A stretch of DNA of 62,433 nt, filler included. It is 3 parts of 3 records of this genome, joined end to end, with 100 filler letters (N's around TTAATTAATTAA, not from the genome) between each part and the next. Parts side by side here need not be neighbours in the genome. Positions count along the whole stretch, not along the records: positions 43,370 to 62,433 come from SRR20825006_1310; 2 more parts are not named here. One strand, 5' to 3'. Both the position numbers and the translations under genes were made by a program. Shown piece by piece: positions 55,578-62,433 of this stretch. How positions within the stretch are numbered: the first letter of the stretch is position 1; each line of letters begins with the position of its first letter. The notes under the pieces are model-generated. The model was given only the letters and a program-made list of their open reading frames with translations, did not search any database and was not told the DNA's origin.

Positions 55578-57204
55578 GCGAGTCTTCCTCGTCGATGGGG
55601 GAGAGGTTCCTCGGTGGATCTCTCGGGAGCGGGACTTCGGCGTGGACTTCAGCCGTGTCCGGGTCGATGAAGTGGATCTTCTGCTCCTTGGACTGATCGA
55701 TCACGATGTAGTCGTGCTCTGGCAAGATCCCGATGTGCTTTGGCTCCCAGCCAAGCTCGATCTTCTCCTGCGTCGCGTCGCGATAATCGACGCGCCACAA
55801 CCCTTTATCCAACATCCATAGCTCGCTCGCGGCGCTTCGGTCGACGAACTCCTCGAGCGCGAGCCCCTCGCCAGAATAAGTCACGCGGCCCGAGTCCACA
55901 TCATAAAGGTGGAAGTCGTCGTAGGCGGTGTTGTTGCTCGTGACGACGATGCGGTTGCCCGATGCGGTCACGAAGAACGAGAGCAGACCGTAGAACTCGA
56001 AGTCTTGCCGTTGCTCCTCGAGCGTCTTCACGTCAAAGAGCAGCAAGGGTTGGGTGGTGATGTCCTCGGGGTCATCTTCGCTGCGGAAGTCACGCGTGGG
56101 CGCAGAAGTTCGCGTCTCGTCGATATGGTAGGCCACCAACGTCGACGAGTCTGGCGTGAACGCGACAGGGCCCATCGCGTCCTCGATCAAGCGCACGCTG
56201 CCATTTTCTGTGTCGAGCAGCGCGATCTTGTGGCTCGGGCGATACTCCTTCTGGCGACTTCCTTCCTCGACGAGCAAGCTCTTATCCTCGACAAATCCGC
56301 GGACCGGGAACGCGACGTAGCGGCCATCTGGCGAGCGCCCGATGGCCGAGTGAGAGAGCCACGGGTTGAGTTGGTGTTCGAGGATCTTGATGTCGAAGAG
56401 GGAGCGATCCCAGAACTTGCCGTCGTTATCCAACCGCGAGAAGTCGAAGTTGTCATTGAGAGACCAACTCAACACGCGCAGATCCGGGCCTTGCTCGAGC
56501 GTCACGATCAAATCGTCGCGATCAGGCAACCAGCTCGCTTCGATCTGGCCGGTTGTCTCATAAGGGAGCTTGAGCAATCGCTGGCGCTCGATGTCCACGA
56601 TCTGGATCGAGCGCAGGTTATCCTTGATCGATGCGACCGAGAGATAGCGTCGTGAAGGAGAGAGGCGCGTCTCGGTGAAGTTACCCACGGTGCGCGCGCT
56701 CCAGACATGCTGCAAGGAGCGAACGTCGTAGAGCGCCATCTCCTCGTAGTTCTCGCCCTCGGGCTGCCCCATCGTCAGCAGGTGATCCTTGGGGAAGATG
56801 ATGCGCATGTTTCGATCGGTCGGATCGAGGCGTTGGATGCGCATCACCCAGGCGCCATCGTTCAGCGCCTCGGGATCTGGCACCGCGTAGAGGATGCGCT
56901 TGTCGCGCCGCTGCTCGCCAGACGCATCGCGGATATAACGATCCTGATAGAGGAACGTCCACTCGGTGTCGGGGCTGACCTGGAGGTTGCCGTTGATGTG
57001 TGCGTAGGCGACGCCATCGCTGCTCTCGACGAAGTCCTCTCGAGAGGGCATCTCCTCGGGTTGCGCGTAGACATCATCGTCATCGGGGCTGTTTTCTGCG
57101 TCGACGAAGCCGCCGTCACGGCTCGAGCTGCTCGTGCACGCGGGGGCCGCGAGCATCGAGAGGGTGAGCGTCAGGAGTAACGAGCTTGCTGGACGAAATC
57201 GCAT
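55567..57204 (-). CDS. Lipoprotein with beta-propeller-like repeats
   Basis: Signal peptide with APAC lipobox; SPD/SPSRRY/SPDGRY/TPDSST propeller-blade motifs. Confidence 0.75.
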   Translation of the reverse strand: MRFRPASSLLLTLTLSMLAAPACTSSSSRDGGFVDAENSPDDDDVYAQPEEMPSREDFVESSDGVAYAHINGNLQVSPDTEWTFLYQDRYIRDASGEQRRDKRILYAVPDPEALNDGAWVMRIQRLDPTDRNMRIIFPKDHLLTMGQPEGENYEEMALYDVRSLQHVWSARTVGNFTETRLSPSRRYLSVASIKDNLRSIQIVDIERQRLLKLPYETTGQIEASWLPDRDDLIVTLEQGPDLRVLSWSLNDNFDFSRLDNDGKFWDRSLFDIKILEHQLNPWLSHSAIGRSPDGRYVAFPVRGFVEDKSLLVEEGSRQKEYRPSHKIALLDTENGSVRLIEDAMGPVAFTPDSSTLVAYHIDETRTSAPTRDFRSEDDPEDITTQPLLLFDVKTLEEQRQDFEFYGLLSFFVTASGNRIVVTSNNTAYDDFHLYDVDSGRVTYSGEGLALEEFVDRSAASELWMLDKGLWRVDYRDATQEKIELGWEPKHIGILPEHDYIVIDQSKEQKIHFIDPDTAEVHAEVPLPRDPPRNLSPIDEEDSLTP

Positions 57205-57415
57205 GATGAACCCCTTGTCTGTTGTGCGATGTGCTTGAATTCTAATGGCTACTCTTCGGGGCAGCAATCCGCGCATCGGGGGAGGCGTATGAATGACGTC
57301 CCCACACCACCTTTCATTTATTCATCATCCATTCATTGGCGGCGGTGCGGGGACGCGATGGTTGGTGGGGGTGACATTAAAAAGTCCCACCTCAAGCATC
57401 ACTGCTCCACTATTG

Positions 57416-57432
57416 AGCAAACGCTATGCCAA
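57416..57432 (-). promoter_or_regulatory. Sigma-54 (-24/-12) promoter
   Basis: Minus strand TTGGCATAGCGTTTGCT has exact GG-N10-GC spacing, upstream of the lipoprotein gene. Confidence 0.75.
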
Positions 57433-57507
57433 TTTTGCTGAATGTGTTCGCGACCGCATTCGACCGTGGAAACTGTCGTTTTCGGGCTCGAAATCCGGGC
57501 GTCCATG

Positions 57508-60500
57508 TCATCCCGCTGGAGTAACTTTGCTCCAGAGAGAGCGCGCCGGATCGATCGGGTCATCGATGTCGAGGTCGGGTTGCTCGAGCTTTGTGGCGAT
57601 GCGGCTCAGTGAGATGGCGCATGCTCCGGCGAGATCAGGTCGAGCGTGGCGTTGCCACTGCTCGCGCGCCAACCTGAGCAGGACGATCTGATCAGGGTGC
57701 GCGTCGGTGGCTTCGAGCAACCCATCGAGCGCGCGATCGAGCTCGGTGGCGAAGCTCCTGGCGTCACCTCGATACGCGGTGTAGCAAGCGCGCAAGACGC
57801 CAGCGTCCGCGCGCGCTCTGGGGACGAGCTTTTCTGCTGGGGGCAAGCTTTCGAGCTGTTTCTGGACCTTCTCCCAGTCGCGCCGCATGGCGAAGTTCAC
57901 CCCGCGCTTGAACGTGTTGACGTGCGAGAGCGCGCTCCCGAGCGTCGAGAGGATCTGATCTGCCAGCGCGTAGTGTTGCTCTGCGGCGTCTCCATCTCCT
58001 CCGAGCCGGAGCGCGTCCGCGATGCAGACATGGGAGAAGCCCTTGCCCGCCATGCACCCCGAGCTCTCGAAGAGCGTGCTGGCGCGGCGACCGAGCTCCA
58101 CGGCGCGAGCTGTCTCTCCGATCCTCACACAGACCTCGGCGAGTCCGTGGATGCACCAGGCGCGGTGCGTCCGCTCTCCGATGTCTTCGCCCAGCATATC
58201 ACCTGCTTTGAACAACGAGATCGCCTTGCCGACCTCGTTCTTGCGCATCATCATCCAGGCGCGTGTGTGGTAAGTACGCAAACGTCCGATGTCTTCTCCG
58301 AGCTCTTCATAAAGCGCGATAGCGCGCCTCGAGTATTTCTCCGAGCGATCGAGTTGACCGCCGAGCCACGTGCACATGGCGAGCCCTCGACAGGCGTCCG
58401 CGTGGAGCCGCCGCGCCTCCCTGGTCGTGGCGTGCTCGGTCGCATCCCAGGCGATCCTGGCGAGTGTTTCACTCTCTGCGAGGTCGCCCGTGTAGCGCGC
58501 CAGGTCAGCGCGCTCCGGGTAGGTCTTCACGCGATCGAGCGCGTGAGGTCCAAGCCCCAACGCATCACAAAGCGCGCTGTGCTTCGCGTGCACCTCTCGC
58601 GCGGCGTTGTACTGACTTTGCTCGATGTACGCGGCGCTCGCAGCGAGCAGCGCGTCCAATGCGCGGCGCATCTCCTCGTGCTCTCCGACCTCGATCAGGT
58701 GGTACGCCCTTCGCTCGAGAGTTTTGGGGGCGGGGTGAGGGATCTCGTCGAGCAGGAGCGCCAACCCGAGGTTGATCGTGCCCCATCTGTTCGCCGCCTT
58801 GCTCTGTTGCTGCACGACCTCGCGCAACGCGCTGTGTTTCCAGGCGATGGTTTCTTTCGTGCTGTTCTCCCGCTCGAACATCGCGCGCGAAAACATCTCG
58901 CCGAGCAAGGTTTGCTCGAGCTCTGCTCCCAACGCGTGACATGCGCGCTCCCACGCATCGCGCGAGAAGCGATGCCCCATCGCGGCAGCGATCTCCAGCG
59001 GCAACCTCCATTCGCCAACTCGGGCGCTGTCGAGCTGCGCGAGCCGTTCTTGCCACAGCGCGAGCACGCCCGCGGGTAATGTGATCTTGCTCCCGGAGCG
59101 TAAGCGAAACCCCTGGTCGCCGACCTCGAGCAAGTCGCGCTCGACCCAATCGCTCATGATCTGCATGGCGAACAATGGGTTGCCCTGGGTGCTTTCGGCG
59201 AGTCGCTGCTCGAGCTCGGGCTCGAGTCCGAGCAGCTCGTGGATGAACTGGAGGTGATCCTCGCCAGATAGCGGCTCGAGCGTCAGCGGTGTGACATGCT
59301 CCTGCCCGAGCTTTTTTGTCGCGAGCGATGTTTCGCTGGTCCCCGCGCGCTCCTCGTCTCGAGAGGTCAGGATCGCGAGGACGCGACCTGCCGCCGAGGG
59401 TTCCCTCGACGATTGCCTCGTGAGATAGCATGCCAGGACATCGAGCGTGTCGTTTGCCCACTGCGCGTCCTCGACCCAGAGAATCACCGGGCGCTCCAGC
59501 GCGGCGACCTCGAACCATTGCGCCAGGAAGTTATGGCGCTCCGAGGCGCTCGAGAATTTGACGACCGGGCCACCATCGATGACGGGTAACGTCCCCTGCG
59601 TAGGGTCCACGAGCTCGGTCAATGCCGCCGCGACCAGCTGAGGATCGGCGAAGGGCCTGTAGGTGTGCTCGAGCTCTTCGAGCATGCGCTCGTAGATCTG
59701 GCCGCGCTCGAGGCCATAGCATCTGCTGTAACGTAATAGCGCCGCCTCCAGGCCATCCTCTGGAGCCATCTGCTTGCTGTGCGTGACGCGAATGGTTTGC
59801 GCCGCGCCGACTTCCTCGGAGCGGCGCGCCATCCACTCGACCAACCTGCTCTTGCCAGTTCCTCTGGCGCCCTGAATATGAAGGACGTGAGGTCGGCTCT
59901 CCTTCCTGCACTCTCTGAGTTTGCTCCAGATGAGGTCGCGCGCCTCTTCGCGGTCGACGAATGGAACCTCTCTCAAGCCAAAGAGGCCCAGACCGGCGCC
60001 GACGAGGTCGAGCTTTCGTTCATCGAACTCGCGGTAGCGCCAGCTCTTTGGCATCAGCGAGAGCTGGCCGGGCGCGAGCTTGAGCGAGCGCGCCTTCAAC
60101 GCGTGTTCTCGATCGTCGGTGCCGAGCTCGTCGAGCTCGCTCGCGCCGAGCAGCATCGTCTCTCCCGATGCGGGGCTGACCTCACTCTCGATAAACCCCA
60201 TCGTCACCAGCGTCGGCGCGAAGAAGATGCTCGAGTTCTCAGGGAGCGTTCCAGACGATGAGAGCGCTTCCAGTGGTGTCGTGACCGGTTCGAGCATCTC
60301 GTCGCTCAACCGAAAGAGCGCGGTCGCAGCGTCAGTGGCGAGCTGAAAGCGCTCTCGCCAGTTCTTGCGCAGCAAGGTCTGGATCCAGAGGTCGAAGTCA
60401 CGCGGGACCGCGAAGGTTGGCTTTAATCCAGGGGGGGGCGTGTTCAGATGGCGCGCGGCGATTCGGATGAAGTTCGGTTCGACAAACGGAGGTTGGCCGC

Positions 60501-61167
60501 AGGCGAGCTCGTAGGCGACGCACCCGAGCGCGTAGAGATCTGTCCAGGGGCCATAGTCACGCCAGTATCCCTGGATCTGTTCCGGGGGCATGTAATAAGG
60601 CGTGCCCGCGGTCGAGGTGTTGATGTCGTGCTGGCTTCGCTCACTGCTCGGGTTGGTCGCGTGTGCGAGCCCGAAATCAGTCAGCAGGTAGCGTTGTAAA
60701 CCCTGGGATGCCTCGGTGATGAGGATGTTGCCAGGCTTCAGGTCGCGGTGCACGATGCCGCGCGCGTGAGCATGCGCGAGCGCGTCGATGATCGAACTCA
60801 GCAATGCGCGCAGTTCTTTCCATGATGTCGGGCGCGCGCCCTCTTCGAGGCTCCCTTGGGTGGCGAGCTCCATGGCGAGCCATGGTGAGCCTGCGCGCAG
60901 CTTTCCCGAGGAAAGCTGCGCGGCGGCCTCCGAGATATGGCCATGGTCAAAGACGCGGCAGATCCCTGGGTGATGGAGCCCGGCGACCGCCTGGACCTCG
61001 CGCTCGAACCCTTCGATAAAGTGCGCCTTCTCTGCGTGCGCGCCGGAGATGACTTTGATGGCGACGGGGACCTGCTGCTCGCGGTGGAGCCCGCGCCATA
61101 CTTCGCCCATCCCGCCCGCGCCCAGAGGCTCGAGCAGCGCGAACGCGCCGAGATCGATCTGTGTCAT
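57508..61167 (-). CDS. Ser/Thr protein kinase fused to an AAA/STAND ATPase and TPR domain
   Basis: GAGGMGEV, VAIK, HRDLKPGN, DFG, GTPYYMPPE; GARGTGKS, VEDAQW, GNPLF; TPR helices. Confidence 0.93.
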   Translation of the reverse strand: MTQIDLGAFALLEPLGAGGMGEVWRGLHREQQVPVAIKVISGAHAEKAHFIEGFEREVQAVAGLHHPGICRVFDHGHISEAAAQLSSGKLRAGSPWLAMELATQGSLEEGARPTSWKELRALLSSIIDALAHAHARGIVHRDLKPGNILITEASQGLQRYLLTDFGLAHATNPSSERSQHDINTSTAGTPYYMPPEQIQGYWRDYGPWTDLYALGCVAYELACGQPPFVEPNFIRIAARHLNTPPPGLKPTFAVPRDFDLWIQTLLRKNWRERFQLATDAATALFRLSDEMLEPVTTPLEALSSSGTLPENSSIFFAPTLVTMGFIESEVSPASGETMLLGASELDELGTDDREHALKARSLKLAPGQLSLMPKSWRYREFDERKLDLVGAGLGLFGLREVPFVDREEARDLIWSKLRECRKESRPHVLHIQGARGTGKSRLVEWMARRSEEVGAAQTIRVTHSKQMAPEDGLEAALLRYSRCYGLERGQIYERMLEELEHTYRPFADPQLVAAALTELVDPTQGTLPVIDGGPVVKFSSASERHNFLAQWFEVAALERPVILWVEDAQWANDTLDVLACYLTRQSSREPSAAGRVLAILTSRDEERAGTSETSLATKKLGQEHVTPLTLEPLSGEDHLQFIHELLGLEPELEQRLAESTQGNPLFAMQIMSDWVERDLLEVGDQGFRLRSGSKITLPAGVLALWQERLAQLDSARVGEWRLPLEIAAAMGHRFSRDAWERACHALGAELEQTLLGEMFSRAMFERENSTKETIAWKHSALREVVQQQSKAANRWGTINLGLALLLDEIPHPAPKTLERRAYHLIEVGEHEEMRRALDALLAASAAYIEQSQYNAAREVHAKHSALCDALGLGPHALDRVKTYPERADLARYTGDLAESETLARIAWDATEHATTREARRLHADACRGLAMCTWLGGQLDRSEKYSRRAIALYEELGEDIGRLRTYHTRAWMMMRKNEVGKAISLFKAGDMLGEDIGERTHRAWCIHGLAEVCVRIGETARAVELGRRASTLFESSGCMAGKGFSHVCIADALRLGGDGDAAEQHYALADQILSTLGSALSHVNTFKRGVNFAMRRDWEKVQKQLESLPPAEKLVPRARADAGVLRACYTAYRGDARSFATELDRALDGLLEATDAHPDQIVLLRLAREQWQRHARPDLAGACAISLSRIATKLEQPDLDIDDPIDPARSLWSKVTPAG

Positions 61168-61183
61168 GGAACTCCCCGCAGGA

Positions 61184-61483
61184 TCAGTCAGCAGTGACGC
61201 CGCTCAAAAGAATCAATGCTTCGCACGCTGCGGTGATTTTCTCGGCCTGACGCAAGGACTTGCGCTCGGGGCGCGTGAGCTCTTGCTCCCGCGTCTTCTT
61301 CTCCAGTGCGCTCTTCGAGGCGTAGAGTGTGTCTGCCAGGGTCTCGAGCAGCGGCTCGAAGTGTTCGTGGGTGCCGCCATGGTTCCCGGTCGCGTCGTGA
61401 AGACCGTCGATAATACGATCGCGGTCGCTGTCGAGCAGGGCCAGGGTTCGGTTGATTCGCGTGGGAAGATCGTTCTCGCTCAT
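61184..61483 (-). CDS. Small helical hypothetical protein
   Basis: ATG 61483 with upstream GGAG; ends 16 nt before the kinase gene; typical codon usage. Confidence 0.6.
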   Translation of the reverse strand: MSENDLPTRINRTLALLDSDRDRIIDGLHDATGNHGGTHEHFEPLLETLADTLYASKSALEKKTREQELTRPERKSLRQAEKITAACEALILLSGVTAD

Positions 61484-61646
61484 GCTCTCGTGCTCCGTCT
61501 CCGATGATTCGAGGTCATTTGAAAAGTTTAGGCTCGTCGGCCCGGAACGCAAGCCGCGGTGTCTACGTATAACGATCCACCTCGCTTCTCAACATCGGAA
61601 GGTGCGGTTATGTTGTTGGGCGTAGGCTTTTGTCGGAGAGGGAAAG

Positions 61647-62360
61647 ATGACCGATGTGCTCGAAGAGTTGCAGGCGCAGTTCGATGCGTTGACCACGGAA
61701 GAGATCCTGCCACCGATGCTCCCCCCGGATGTGATCGTGAACGAGGCCAACGAGTTGTTGGATAAGCTCGATGAGGATGCCTCGTTGCGAGAACCTCTCG
61801 AGGATCTTGGCATCGACGACGCCTGGTTGAAGACGGCGAGGAAGGCTGCCCACGCGGCAGACCTCGCGCAGGAGCGGTGGGTCAAGGCTTCGGCCAACCG
61901 CGCGATCTCGGAGTGGACCGAGCTCGAGCATCAGGCCGAGCACTGTCGCGCCGAGATGATCGCCGCGGTGCGCTATCACTTCCGCCGTGATCGGCACATG
62001 CTCGAGGAACTCCACGAGATCCACGAAGGGGAGGGCGCCGCGGACCTGATCCTCGACCTCGATACGCTCGCCAGGTTCGTGCACAACCGACGCAAGGTGT
62101 TTCGCCATGATCCTCAGTTTGACGCCGAGGAGCGCTCTCAGCAAGCAAGAGAGCTCGCCAGGGAGCTGCGTCATATGATGTATGACTTGCCCGATGAGCG
62201 AGAGCGAGACCGCGTGCGAGGCTTGCGCAATCGCGCATTCTCACTGCTCAGGAAGCATATCTTCGAAATCCGCGCGGCGGGGCAATACCGCTTCTGGCAG
62301 GACGAGGAGCGCTCCAAGATCTTTTTGAGCAAATGGCGCGGCGAGCACGTCACCATCTGA
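61647..62360 (+). CDS. Alpha-helical hypothetical protein
   Basis: SD-like GAGGG; 237-aa ORF with typical codon usage; C-terminal RNRAF...IRAAGQYRFW. Confidence 0.75.
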   Translation: MTDVLEELQAQFDALTTEEILPPMLPPDVIVNEANELLDKLDEDASLREPLEDLGIDDAWLKTARKAAHAADLAQERWVKASANRAISEWTELEHQAEHCRAEMIAAVRYHFRRDRHMLEELHEIHEGEGAADLILDLDTLARFVHNRRKVFRHDPQFDAEERSQQARELARELRHMMYDLPDERERDRVRGLRNRAFSLLRKHIFEIRAAGQYRFWQDEERSKIFLSKWRGEHVTI

Positions 62361-62433
62361 GCTACTCGACCTCGGTCGGGTCCCTCGCCGAGCGACAGGA
62401 TGTGAGGGCAAGGCGCGAACCGCAGGCGATACA

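Overview
The window is three unrelated contigs joined by artificial N-TTAATTAATTAA-N linkers (24682-24781 and 43270-43369). Contig 1 (1-24681) is an alphaproteobacterium (Kordiimonas-like by gene content; inference). It has two TonB/ExbD sets, two sensor kinases, several regulator/detoxification modules, and an AT-richer island beside tRNA-Leu(CAA) encoding ECF sigma, FecR, a TonB-dependent transducer and two secreted hydrolases. Contig 2 (24782-43269) is Rhodobacteraceae-like: Anbu protease end, a translationally coupled tsaE-tsaB-tsaC-tsaD operon of divergent paralogues, dtd, pfkB, the xpaC-telA-DUF2927-SPFH-Zn-ribbon operon, rluB, ompW with an FNR box, tadA, an ECF module and gatCA. Contig 3 (43370-62433) is myxobacteria/Bradymonadales-like: ATPase-TPR proteins, a Zn-ribbon/GYF/TM protein with a FAM20/four-jointed-like kinase domain, a MYXO-CTERM adhesin, an M15 peptidase, dusA and a lipoprotein behind a sigma-54 promoter. 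The strongest novelty candidates are (1) the divergent four-gene t6A-pathway operon, (2) a TonB-dependent transducer with a second internal RBS and signal peptide, and (3) a GltJ-like membrane protein with an extracytoplasmic FAM20-like kinase. All assignments come from reading motifs by eye; no searches were run.
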